Source: Spirochaetia bacterium
GTDB lineage: Bacteria; Spirochaetota; Spirochaetia; DSM-16054; Sediminispirochaetaceae
DNA length: 64,000 bases
Direction of reading: 5' to 3'
NCBI GenBank assembly: GCA_034520965.1
Contig: JAXHMY010000001.1
Location: 352,001-416,000, forward strand
The translations under genes were made by a program, and so were the position numbers. The notes beneath the pieces were generated by a model. It searched no databases and had not been told where the DNA came from. It saw nothing but the letters and a program-made list of their open reading frames with translations. This document shows, piece by piece, positions 49,579 through 59,192 of the stretch (its first letter is position 1; every line of letters starts with the position of its first letter).

Positions 49579-51540
49579 TTAGCTTTTCGATTCGTCTTCG
49601 TCATCAACAACTTCGTAGTCTACATCCTCAACGTTTTCGCCACTGCCGCTCTCGGATCCACCGGATTGTTCACCACCTTCGGTAGCCCCGGCACCTGCGC
49701 CGCCGGCTGCTCCAGCTGCTCCTTCCTGCTCTTGTCCGCCGGTTTGCTTATACATTTCTTCAGCCAGCTTGTAGGAAGCCTGTTTGAGTGCCTCCATTTT
49801 TGAGCGCATCTCTTCAAGATTATCGGCCTCCATAGCTTTCTTTAACTCGTCTTTGGCTGCCTCGATTTTCTGTTTTTCTTCATCGCCTATCTTATCCCCA
49901 TAGTCACTGAGTGATTTATCGGTTGAGTAGATCAGGCTGTCGGCTTCGTTGCGAACTTCGATTTTTTCGCGGGCCGTTTTATCTTCTTCCGCATGCTCTT
50001 CGGCCTCTTTAACCATCTTGTTGATTTCATCTTCCGAAAGCCCGGAGGAAGACTCGATACGAATCTTCTGCTCTTTGCCGGTACCAAGGTCTTTTGCCGA
50101 AACGTGCACAATTCCGTTGGCATCAATATCGAAGGTTACCTCAATCTGCGGGACCCCCCGTGGAGCAGGCGGAATACCTACCAAATCAAATCGACCGAGG
50201 GTTCGGTTCTGATTCGCCATCTCGCGTTCACCCTGCAGCACATGGATTGAAACAGCATTTTGGTTATCCGCAGCAGTAGAGAATATTTGACTCTTCCGTG
50301 TCGGAATAGTAGTATTTCTCTCGATCAATTTAGTGAACACACCACCCAAGGTTTCGATTCCAAGAGACAGGGGAGTAACGTCCAACAGCAGTACATCTTT
50401 GACATCACCGCCAAGGATACCGCCCTGAATTGCAGCTCCCATAGCAACAACTTCATCCGGGTTTACACCCTTGTGAGGCTCCTTCCCGAATATCTCTTTG
50501 ACTGAGTTCTGAACCGCAGGAATACGGGTGCTTCCGCCTACCAGTATAATCTCATCTACCTGGTCGGCTGTAACGCCTGCATCTTTCAGCGCATTCTCAC
50601 AGGGACCCTTAGTGCGATCAATCAGATCGCTGATCATCTGCTCAAACTTCGCACGGGTCAAGCTGTACTGCAGGTGCTTTGGCCCGGTATTGTCGGCCGT
50701 AATGAAGGGCAAATTAATTTCTGTTGTCTGTGTACTGGACAGCTCAATTTTGGCTTTTTCCGAAGCCTCTTTCAGCCGCTGCAAGGCCATCCTGTCCTGA
50801 GACAAGTCAATTCCATGATCATTCTTAAAACTCTGCACCAGCCAATCAATAACCCGCTGGTCGATATTGTCACCACCTAAGTGTGTATCACCATGGGTTG
50901 ATTTTACTTCAAAGACCCCGTCACCAAGCTCAAGGATCGATATATCGAAAGTACCGCCGCCAAAATCATAAACGGCAATTCGTTCCTCTTTGTTTTCTTT
51001 TCCAAGTCCGTATGCCAGCGATGCTGCGGTGGGCTCATTCACAATACGTTTTACATCCAAACCTGCAATTCGACCGGCATCCTTAGTAGACTGCCGTTGA
51101 CTGTCGTTAAAGTAGGCTGGAACGGTAATGACCGCTTCCTTTACCTCTTCGCCAAGGTAATCTTCAGCAGTTTTTTTCATTTTCTGAAGAACCATGGCAG
51201 ACACCTCTTGCGGTGTGTACTCTTTATCATGAGCCTTTACCCGTACTTCACCGCTGGAGGCCTCGCTCGTATGGTACGATACCATCTGTATTTCCGAGGG
51301 CACCTCCGAAAACTGGCGTCCCATGAATCTCTTTATCGAGTATATGGTATTCTCAGGGTTTGTTACTATCTGATTTTTTGCCGGCTGTCCGACCAGTCGT
51401 TCACCCTTATTTGTGAAACCTACAATCGAAGGAGTGGTCCGCTGGCCTTCGGCATTCTGTATGACCACCGACTCGTTTCCTTCCATTACAGCTACACATG
51501 AGTTTGTAGTTCCAAGATCAATTCCAATAATCCGTCCCAT
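49579..51540 (-). CDS. dnaK: Chaperone DnaK
   Basis: [34 protein letters not shown]. Confidence 0.99.
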   Translation of the reverse strand: MGRIIGIDLGTTNSCVAVMEGNESVVIQNAEGQRTTPSIVGFTNKGERLVGQPAKNQIVTNPENTIYSIKRFMGRQFSEVPSEIQMVSYHTSEASSGEVRVKAHDKEYTPQEVSAMVLQKMKKTAEDYLGEEVKEAVITVPAYFNDSQRQSTKDAGRIAGLDVKRIVNEPTAASLAYGLGKENKEERIAVYDFGGGTFDISILELGDGVFEVKSTHGDTHLGGDNIDQRVIDWLVQSFKNDHGIDLSQDRMALQRLKEASEKAKIELSSTQTTEINLPFITADNTGPKHLQYSLTRAKFEQMISDLIDRTKGPCENALKDAGVTADQVDEIILVGGSTRIPAVQNSVKEIFGKEPHKGVNPDEVVAMGAAIQGGILGGDVKDVLLLDVTPLSLGIETLGGVFTKLIERNTTIPTRKSQIFSTAADNQNAVSIHVLQGEREMANQNRTLGRFDLVGIPPAPRGVPQIEVTFDIDANGIVHVSAKDLGTGKEQKIRIESSSGLSEDEINKMVKEAEEHAEEDKTAREKIEVRNEADSLIYSTDKSLSDYGDKIGDEEKQKIEAAKDELKKAMEADNLEEMRSKMEALKQASYKLAEEMYKQTGGQEQEGAAGAAGGAGAGATEGGEQSGGSESGSGENVEDVDYEVVDDEDESKS

Positions 51541-51613
51541 TATTGATTCTCCTCTTTATTATTTTCTATTTAATTCAATATTTACAATGGCAAACGCCAT
51601 TTTATTCACATCC

Positions 51614-52312
51614 CTAGTCAGCCTGGCGGTTCTCTTCATCCTGCTGAGGCTCTGCAATCTCCGCATCTTTTTCATCGCCTGACTGTCTGTTATCTGTTTG
51701 TTCCGGTGCCGGTATAGCAACCTTCACCTTTGCATGCCGAAGAACACGGTCGTTTAGCAGATAACCTTTTTGGTAATCTTCAACAACGGTCTGTACGCCA
51801 ACTTCCGGCGACTCTTCCATATTGATCGCTTCGTGCTGCTGCGGATCGAACTCTTTCCCTTCACTCTCCATACGGGTCAGTCCGTATTTCCGTTCCAGCA
51901 TGTTTACAAACTGATGCTCGATCATTTTGATACCGGAATGAAAGCTCTCAAAATCGCGAGACTCCTCAGATGAACGTATTGCCCGTTCAAAATCATCAAT
52001 GATGGTCACTAAATCCTGCAAAAGGTTTGAGTTAGCATATTTTATTGATTCTTGTTTCTCCCGCTGCATCCGCTTACGGAAATTCTCAAAATCCGCCTGC
52101 TTTCGCAGATACTGATTTTTTAATTCACTATTTTCAGCTTTCAGGGCATCAATCTGCGCATTTAGATCGTCAATTTGTTCCGCTTGCTGCTCCGCTTGTT
52201 CGATAGCCTCTTCACTGCTTTGTTTTGCGTCGCCCTTTTCTTCAGTCGACAACGACGCTGATTCCGGCTGCTTATCGTTATTTACTTTTACTTCTTTTTC
52301 GGTTTTTTTCAC
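51614..52312 (-). CDS. grpE: Nucleotide exchange factor GrpE
   Basis: RKQADFENFRKR, FDPQQHEAI, QKGYLLNDRVLRHAKV; start placed at GTG 52312 after GAGAGGGA. Confidence 0.95.
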   Translation of the reverse strand: MKKTEKEVKVNNDKQPESASLSTEEKGDAKQSSEEAIEQAEQQAEQIDDLNAQIDALKAENSELKNQYLRKQADFENFRKRMQREKQESIKYANSNLLQDLVTIIDDFERAIRSSEESRDFESFHSGIKMIEHQFVNMLERKYGLTRMESEGKEFDPQQHEAINMEESPEVGVQTVVEDYQKGYLLNDRVLRHAKVKVAIPAPEQTDNRQSGDEKDAEIAEPQQDEENRQAD

Positions 52313-52448
52313 CCTTGAATCCCTCTCATTCTGTGTAGTATGTCTGTGTTGTATCGAGCTACTAACGGACACATCACCCTCGATAGAATCGTTTTATAAT
52401 ATCCGATTACATCGATACTTAGATATGTGTTTTTGTCTGTTCTGTTTT

Positions 52449-52477
52449 AAGATACTAATCCGATATGACAGCGTCAA
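52449..52477 (-). promoter_or_regulatory. Sigma70 promoter of grpE-dnaK-dnaJ
   Basis: TTGACG-17 nt-TATCTT. Confidence 0.7.
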
Positions 52478-52507
52478 GTTTTTTTAATTTTCAGCATTAT
52501 TTCAGCA

Positions 52508-55500
52508 CTATTTCCGAGGTATAATCTCCAGAATAAGCTCAACTTCGCCCTTGGATAGCTTGGTAGCCCGCACTATTTCATCAATGCTCCACCCCTGGTG
52601 TGCCAAACGGGTCACTACGTCACGAGCGCCCATGGAGGGGGCTCCTTCCTGCCGCTTGGCATCCTGCCCTCCCTCTTTCAGAAGGGTTCCAAGCAGTTTT
52701 ACCTGCTCCTTGGCCTGAGAGTTTATCTCTTCTAAGCGGGTTTCCGTCTTTGCAAGCCATTCACGGGCCTTTTGCATGCGTTCTGTCCGCTCTTCAGCAT
52801 CCCTAAGTATGGCATCCATCTGCTCCATTTGTTCAAGAGCCTGATCAACCTTCTCTTTATTATTTGCCAGCTGCACTATTCGCTGCCCTACATCCTGCAG
52901 CTGCTGAGGCATCTCTGCTGTCCTGCTTTCAAGGGAGTCGATATTTTTATCCAGATCTTCTATCTTTTGAAAGTTTTTATCCACCTGCTGAATTGTACTG
53001 TCGATAACCTTCTGACGATTTTCGAGCCGCTCATACTTCTGTTCGACGCTCTGCTCCAGCTCTTCAAGGCTGCGGATAGTGGCCTGAATGTTCTGCAGTG
53101 TGTCATGGCTGTCGGTTACTTTTTCCAGCTTCATATCTATGGTTTGCGAGATATTTATGAGTTTCTTAAAATCCCCTTCCATCTCTTCTATACGCTGTTT
53201 TTCATTGATAAAGCGGTTCATTTTGTTGCCGACTTCTTCACCCATTTTTTTGATCGACATAAATTTCTTTTCTGTCTCACGAATCTCTCCGCTCAGCCCC
53301 TGGACGCGGGTTATCTCGCCCTTCAGATCCTCAATGTTCTCCTGAAGTGTATCTTTCAGCGAGTCTGCGCGATCAAAAATCTTGGTCTGGGCGGTAAAAT
53401 TTTTCTGTCGTTTATCGATCTCCTGCAGGTTCACCTGCAGATTGGTGTAGCCCTCTTCAATCTTGCCGAACAGTTTTTTCTGCATCTGCTCGGTTTTCTC
53501 TTTGGTATCTTGAGATATAGAGCGAAAATCTTTGATCTTTTTGTCCATATCAAGTTGAAATTCACGGTTTTTCTTTTGAATCTCCAACATAAAGTTCTCA
53601 TATTCACGATTAAAACTGTCAAAAGCGGCATCCGTCTTCCGCTGCAACTCGCCTTCCAGCTCAAGAACACGGTCGGAGATCTCTTTGAGCTCATTCTTCA
53701 AACGTGTCCGCTCGTCCTGCGACTGTAGAATAAGTTCGTCCCGTTGACTCTCAAATTCACCCTTAAGTACCGATACTGTATCGTCTATTTCTTTCCGAAT
53801 ATTTTCGTACCGTGTACGTATATCTTCGTCAGCCGATTGTATCTGCTGCTCAATCTGTGTGCGCCATACATTCAGCTCTGATTCGGTCGATTCAACAGTG
53901 GAGTCGATAGCGGTGCGGCGTTCATTGACCCCGGTTTCCAATTCGCTGAGGGCATTTTCCAGCTCGCGTTCGCTTCGCTTAAGCTGTGCTTCCTTCGCAG
54001 ACTGATAGTCGGTAAACTCTTTTTGAAAAGCAGCCTGGCTCTGCTGCTTGGCTGTCTCTATTTCACCCTTTAAATCTCCCTCCAGCCCCTCAAGCTGCTG
54101 TGAGGTGTGGTCCATTCTCTCCTGGATTCTATCCTGAAAGCTCTGTACTTGATTTTCGAACTTTTCCTGTTGGGTATAGACGCGGTTTTGCAACTCTGAT
54201 AATCGGTCTCGGAGGGTGTCACTATATTCCTCTTCTACCCGCTGACGCTGGTTATCCTGTTCTCCAGTTATTTCAGAGAGGCGGTTCTCTATTTGCAGTT
54301 TCCATTCTTCGAAACGCTCATCAAGTTTTTCTGAACGTCCCTCCAAATCCTTATAAAAAGCACTTTCAAACTCTTCAAGGCGGGTTGAAACATTCTTAGC
54401 GGCCTCATCCTTCAGCTCCGACAGCTGGTTTTCTACTTCCGCCAGAGCATCATGAACTGCCTGTATATCCGTCTGTGCCTTCAGACGCTGCTCTTCCCGT
54501 TCCTGTTCTAACTGTTTTTCAAATTCCTGGAATTCTCCGCGTATACGGGTAGTAACTCGATCCATCGCCTGTCGAAGGTTCTTATCCAGGGAATCAATAT
54601 CCTGGGTCGCCTCTTCCATCTTCGCAAAGCGATAGTTCATTTGCTCTTCGTAGTCGCGTATCTTATTATCCATTGCATCAAGCTTCTGACGTACATGACT
54701 GTCAGTGCTGTCTGTCTCAGAGTTCAGATCCGCATATTTTCGGTTCAACGATTCTGAGAGTTCCTGAAATTGCTGCTCAAACTGTGAATACTGCTGGGTA
54801 TATTTCTGATGCAGTGATTCGGCCCTCTGCTGGAAGTTCTGCTCGGTCTCCTCGACTGTACTATTGATATGCTCTTTTAGTTTTGAGAAGGCCTCATGTT
54901 CAAGTGCAACCCCCCGTTCTGCCGCCTGCTGCAGAGAGTTTTGGTATTTCTGCTCTATTCCGCTGACCCGCTCGTGGAAAGCGGAAATTTTCTCCTGAAT
55001 TGTCTGTTCTACATCCTCTACATTCCCATTAAGAGTACGCAGTTCATGCTCTATTTGTTCCAGCATTTCGTCGCCCTGGGCTTTAATGGAATCCTTTGTC
55101 TCCGACAGCTGTTGTGCCAGTTGTTCCTGGAGCCTTTCACCGGACTGTTCAGCTTGGTACACCTTTTCATCCAATTCATTTTGGATTTGTTCGAAGGCCT
55201 CTCGTGCAAACTGTTCACGGCGGGTGTCGAGCTCATCCATATGCCCATTCAACTCCGATAGTCGTTCTTCATCAGACTGGATTTTTTCATCAAGATTTTC
55301 AGCCAACTGCTTTGAATAAGCAAAGGCTTTCTGTGCACTCTGTTTCAGAGTCTTTTGGTTCAAGCTGTTGAACTCTTCTGTGATAGCCGGCAATCGTTTT
55401 TCTAAATGCTGTATCCGCTCCTGGGTTCCGCTCAGCTGCCGACCCACTTTATCTACAAACTCTGATTCATTATGCAGGCGCTGGAGGTTTTCATCGACCT

Positions 55501-55840
55501 TGGTGGTCATATCTTTTAATTCTGATAAGGCTTTATCATATTCACCAATCCGCTTATTTATCTGCTGTATCGAAGCAGCCCGATTCTCAAGCTCATCCTC
55601 GGCTGTTTTGATCCGCTTGAGTATTTCTTTACCGGTTTTTTGGTGTACGTCCAGTTCTATCCCTAAATTCTTTACTTCTGAAGTTTTATTTTCGACAAAC
55701 CCATCCAGTTCTTCCTTTATTTTTTCAGAGTAGCGCTTTATCTTGGTAAGTGAACGGTTGTTTTTGTCAAGCTGACGATATACTGATAGAATAACCAGTA
55801 CAATTAAAAGCGTTAAAATATTTCCCAAAGAGAATAGCAT
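52508..55840 (-). CDS. Large membrane-anchored coiled-coil protein with C-terminal HTH-like motif (spirochaete coiled-coil family)
   Basis: N-terminal TM followed by RQLDKNNRSL, about 1000 aa E/Q/K-rich heptads, C-terminal QGWSIDEIVRATKLSKGEVELILE. Confidence 0.88.
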   Translation of the reverse strand: MLFSLGNILTLLIVLVILSVYRQLDKNNRSLTKIKRYSEKIKEELDGFVENKTSEVKNLGIELDVHQKTGKEILKRIKTAEDELENRAASIQQINKRIGEYDKALSELKDMTTKVDENLQRLHNESEFVDKVGRQLSGTQERIQHLEKRLPAITEEFNSLNQKTLKQSAQKAFAYSKQLAENLDEKIQSDEERLSELNGHMDELDTRREQFAREAFEQIQNELDEKVYQAEQSGERLQEQLAQQLSETKDSIKAQGDEMLEQIEHELRTLNGNVEDVEQTIQEKISAFHERVSGIEQKYQNSLQQAAERGVALEHEAFSKLKEHINSTVEETEQNFQQRAESLHQKYTQQYSQFEQQFQELSESLNRKYADLNSETDSTDSHVRQKLDAMDNKIRDYEEQMNYRFAKMEEATQDIDSLDKNLRQAMDRVTTRIRGEFQEFEKQLEQEREEQRLKAQTDIQAVHDALAEVENQLSELKDEAAKNVSTRLEEFESAFYKDLEGRSEKLDERFEEWKLQIENRLSEITGEQDNQRQRVEEEYSDTLRDRLSELQNRVYTQQEKFENQVQSFQDRIQERMDHTSQQLEGLEGDLKGEIETAKQQSQAAFQKEFTDYQSAKEAQLKRSERELENALSELETGVNERRTAIDSTVESTESELNVWRTQIEQQIQSADEDIRTRYENIRKEIDDTVSVLKGEFESQRDELILQSQDERTRLKNELKEISDRVLELEGELQRKTDAAFDSFNREYENFMLEIQKKNREFQLDMDKKIKDFRSISQDTKEKTEQMQKKLFGKIEEGYTNLQVNLQEIDKRQKNFTAQTKIFDRADSLKDTLQENIEDLKGEITRVQGLSGEIRETEKKFMSIKKMGEEVGNKMNRFINEKQRIEEMEGDFKKLINISQTIDMKLEKVTDSHDTLQNIQATIRSLEELEQSVEQKYERLENRQKVIDSTIQQVDKNFQKIEDLDKNIDSLESRTAEMPQQLQDVGQRIVQLANNKEKVDQALEQMEQMDAILRDAEERTERMQKAREWLAKTETRLEEINSQAKEQVKLLGTLLKEGGQDAKRQEGAPSMGARDVVTRLAHQGWSIDEIVRATKLSKGEVELILEIIPRK

Positions 55841-56052
55841 GGTCCTAACTCCCAGTTTTACCTATGGCCACTTCAAAAATTGATTATTTTCAAAGCACCA
55901 GGGTATAATTTTTTAACTACTTATAAATAAAGAAATTAAAAACCATACCCCTCTATTATAGATTGTTCAATACTCACATTTCAAACAATCTTTCGCGTTA
56001 CCTGTAATTGTTACCCAGGAAACACAAGTTGTCAATTACATTAACAGCGATA

Positions 56053-56177
56053 CAGCGATTTAATTTGGAAGTCTTTTGACTTCCAAATTCGAATTCGCAT
56101 CAATTTCTTTGCAAATTTAGCATCTAAACCTTTGACACTTCATTTTGGAGTATACCACAATGATCCGAGAATCGCTG
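56053..56177. mobile_element. MITE family A, copy 2 (125 bp, no visible TSD)
   Basis: CAGCGATT...AATCGCTG ends; shares TTTGGAAGTCTTTTGACTTCCAAA with copy 1 and GAATTCGCATCAATTTCTTTGC with copy 3. Confidence 0.75.
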
Positions 56178-56195
56178 AGTTGTAGTTGTATCTGA

Positions 56196-56888
56196 TCACT
56201 TTTGCGCTGAAGAGCTTTGTACAAACTCATCTAAAATGCGGATACGCAACTCATTGAAGGAGGAGAAGATTATATCAGCCTGGGTATTTGAACTCGAACC
56301 ATCGTTAGCAAAAAGAGGTTTCAGCCAGGCCGTCCGTATTCCTGCCGCCGCTGCACCGATAACATCATACTTATATGAATTTCCAACGTATAATATCTCT
56401 TCCGGTGCTATCCCAAATTCTCGTATCATTTGCTGAAATGGTATCGGATTCGGTTTAAGATAACCAGTATCTTCTGAGGAAAAGCTAAAATCAAACAGAT
56501 CATCCAGCTTCAGGAATTTCAGTTTGTTCTTAATTGGAAAGTCCGAGAGCGCTCCCAAAAGAATCCCGTTCCGCTTAAGAGCCAGCAGTGTTTCACGCAC
56601 CTGGCGAAACGGGCTAATACAGCGAAAGGAGTGCTCCCATCGATGGTACAGATGCCGCTCCATCCTATCACGGGCACGCTCTTCAGAAATGCCCAGCTTA
56701 GTGGCCAGCAACTGGGCCTGCTTTTTATGCAGCGGCTCATCGTAATCAATTTGCCGCATATCTTTTCGCACCTGTCCAAAATAATACATTAAGCGGGGGG
56801 CGCTTAAAAAGGAAGGCAGGGAGCACAAAAACATCTGGTAATTGGGATAGAGTGTCCCATCTACGTCAAAACCTACCGCCTTTATCAT
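56196..56888 (-). CDS. HAD-superfamily hydrolase
   Basis: FDVDGTLY, LSD, LKP, YVGNSYKYDVIGA. Confidence 0.92.
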   Translation of the reverse strand: MIKAVGFDVDGTLYPNYQMFLCSLPSFLSAPRLMYYFGQVRKDMRQIDYDEPLHKKQAQLLATKLGISEERARDRMERHLYHRWEHSFRCISPFRQVRETLLALKRNGILLGALSDFPIKNKLKFLKLDDLFDFSFSSEDTGYLKPNPIPFQQMIREFGIAPEEILYVGNSYKYDVIGAAAAGIRTAWLKPLFANDGSSSNTQADIIFSSFNELRIRILDEFVQSSSAQK

Positions 56889-56909
56889 TCAAGAAGCTCC
56901 TTACTATGC

Positions 56910-57047
56910 CAGCGATTCTGAATTCGAAGCTCTCGACTTCCAAATTCAGAATTCGCATCAATTTCTTTGCGAATTTTATATATCTCAACGTTTGGAGGCA
57001 TCTGATCTTGGATAGTGTAATTACACTATCCAAAATGAGAATAGCTG
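56910..57047. mobile_element. MITE family A, copy 3 (138 bp)
   Basis: Ends CAGCGATTCT / AGAATAGCTG; 9-bp direct repeat TTACTATGC at 56901-56909 and 57048-57056; 26-bp perfect palindrome 57008-57033. Confidence 0.88.
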
Positions 57048-57075
57048 TTACTATGCGTGTAACCGCCGTATTGTA

Positions 57076-58111
57076 TCAATCTACGGCGCGGATGATGATT
57101 CGAGCTCCTCCTTTGACCGACTCAGCGTCCCGCGGAGCGTCGGAGAATTCCCATGTTTGAACCGCCCGCTCGACTTTCACATCTACCGGAATCCTACCGG
57201 AAGAGCGCTCTATTTGCAAGTCCATCGGCCTTCCGTTCGGTGGAAGAGTGAAGCTTACAACAACCTCTACCCTCCCCGGCAGCCCGGACAGCTCCTCTTG
57301 GCTCAGCTGCGGTAAGGAGTAGCGCTCCAGCTCTCGAGTCGAATTTTCACCCTCTAACGCATACACTACCTGTCCGCCCTCCTCCGTTCTGACGGTAGAT
57401 GTACCGGTAGCGGTTCCGTCGCCTCCCTCCACATCGCCATTCGCGGTCCCTTCCTCCGCCGCTTGTACCGACTCAAGCTCCTCCATCAATTCTTCGGAAA
57501 ACACCGATGGAGGGCCTTCTTGGGACTCCTCGGAAGGCCCTTCAGAATCCGGCCGGCGGCGCTCACTCTCCCTCGACTCTGTGGGCTCCTCTTCGGCATA
57601 AACTATACTCGAACCTTCAGTGCTCCCCTGCTGCTGTTCCGGGGCTACATTGCGGTCGGTACGACCTTCGAGAGATTGAGAAGCCGGGGGCTGCTCCGAC
57701 GAGGGTTCCCGGGGCGCACGCCTTCGTTCTGTATCCATTATTTCGCGACCTGAGGGAGTGGGAATGCTCCATTCCTCTTCAGCTGCCTGCTGACGCCGGG
57801 AGGGCTTCCTGCTGCTGCCGCGCGGCGCAGCCGCAGACTCTGCGGCGGGCGCTTCAGGCTCTGCAACCGGCTCCTGGGGCTCTTGCGGGGGCTACCTCGG
57901 GCTCGGGGCTCTTGGGCTCCGGCGGTTCAGCGGGCTGTGGTAAGGTTTCAGGTGGCACAGGCTCAAAGCGCACCGCTACCGGACCAAGCCGCTTCTCATC
58001 GGTTATATCTTGCCCTAGATCTACCAAACCCAGCATCAACACTATTATCCCGTGGATGATCAAGGCGGCGAGTATACTGATTATTTGTCTATCCCCTGTG
58101 GGCGTGCGCAT
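57076..58111 (-). CDS. TonB-like energy transducer (frameshift(s) at about 57740-57860)
   Basis: N-terminal TM with His (ALIIHG), Pro/Glu-rich linker, TonB_C-like end (VVSFTLPPNG...ERSSG...DVKVERAVQTWEF). Confidence 0.82.
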
Positions 58112-58522
58112 CACTCCTCTTCTCGCATCCGTAAGTTGACTCCCTCAAATCCGTGCTGGCGAAGGGTATCGAGTACCCGGACCATCAAACTGTAGGAGAC
58201 ACTCTGATCTCCTTCAACTACGACGGTTTGGATTCTCCCGCAGCTCCTCCCGCTGAGAGAATTGCTGAAGGGCCTCCTCAAGGGTTTCTAAGCTATACTG
58301 CTCTTTGTTCAGGTAGATCTGATCCTCTTCGGCAATGGTAACCACTAGGCGGGTCATAACCGTAGGCTCGGCACTCGAGGCTTCCGGCAGAGTGAGGGAT
58401 ATGCCCGGGGTAAGGATAAAAGTACTGGATACCATGAAGAAGACAACCAGCTGAAACACTACATCAATGAGCGGTACTAAATCAACTGTGGCAGTCGGTT
58501 TTAAGCGCCGTTTGAATTGCAT
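58111..58522 (-). CDS. exbD: ExbD/TolR biopolymer transport protein (frameshift near 58220-58235)
   Basis: DLVPLIDVVFQLVVFFMVSSTF; continues as EGDQSVSYSLMVRVLD..RQHG in another frame to a TGA at 58111-58113. Confidence 0.9.
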
Positions 58523-58524
58523 GG

Positions 58525-59130
58525 CTATTCCTTCCCTAGTAGAACTACCAAATCATTTACACGGTTCTCTAAACGGATGATGATATGATTTACCTTATTC
58601 ACCAGGAAATTATAAAATGCAACGGTAGGAACAGACACGATTATACCCGCTGCGGTAGTCAGTAAGGCCTCTGAAATTCCGGTGGCTAACACTGCAGGAT
58701 CACCCACAGCTCCGCCAAAACTACCCAGTACCCCAAAGGCCTTTATGTTTCCGGTAACCGTTCCCAGCAGTCCTAGCAAGGGTGATATATGGGCGATAGT
58801 ACCCAAAGAGGTAAGATACCTCTCCAGGTGCGGAATTTCAAGATTAGCCGCACTCATTATAGAATCTTTTATCTCGCTTTGAGTGAAGCTGCGGTTCTCG
58901 ATACCCACCTTCATCAGATTTGAGATCGGTGAGGGATTATTCTCACAAATATTTATGGCCTCATCATAATGGTGTTTCTTTAAAGCCGATTTGAGACGGC
59001 TGATAAGATTCTCCTCATCAACCCGAATACGCCGGAAAAAGAGAAAGCGTTCAATTATTATTGCCGTTGCTACTACCGAAAGGAGCAGAATTATTATCAT
59101 AATAATTCCACCTTTTCCAATTAATTCCAT
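58525..59130 (-). CDS. exbB: ExbB/TolQ/MotA proton channel protein
   Basis: SPLLGLLGTVTG and GISEALLTTAAG. Confidence 0.92.
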   Translation of the reverse strand: MELIGKGGIIMIIILLLSVVATAIIIERFLFFRRIRVDEENLISRLKSALKKHHYDEAINICENNPSPISNLMKVGIENRSFTQSEIKDSIMSAANLEIPHLERYLTSLGTIAHISPLLGLLGTVTGNIKAFGVLGSFGGAVGDPAVLATGISEALLTTAAGIIVSVPTVAFYNFLVNKVNHIIIRLENRVNDLVVLLGKE

Positions 59131-59192
59131 ATACTCACCCTTCCTTCTTTAATGCAGGATTATTATTAGTTATTGTTCAAGTCACGCACTTC

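Noticed and set aside
52772..53728. Long antisense ORFs (also 7897-8604, 15031-15843, 16739-17665, 57507-58139)
   Set aside because: Shadow frames of well-supported genes; no motifs or independent translation signals
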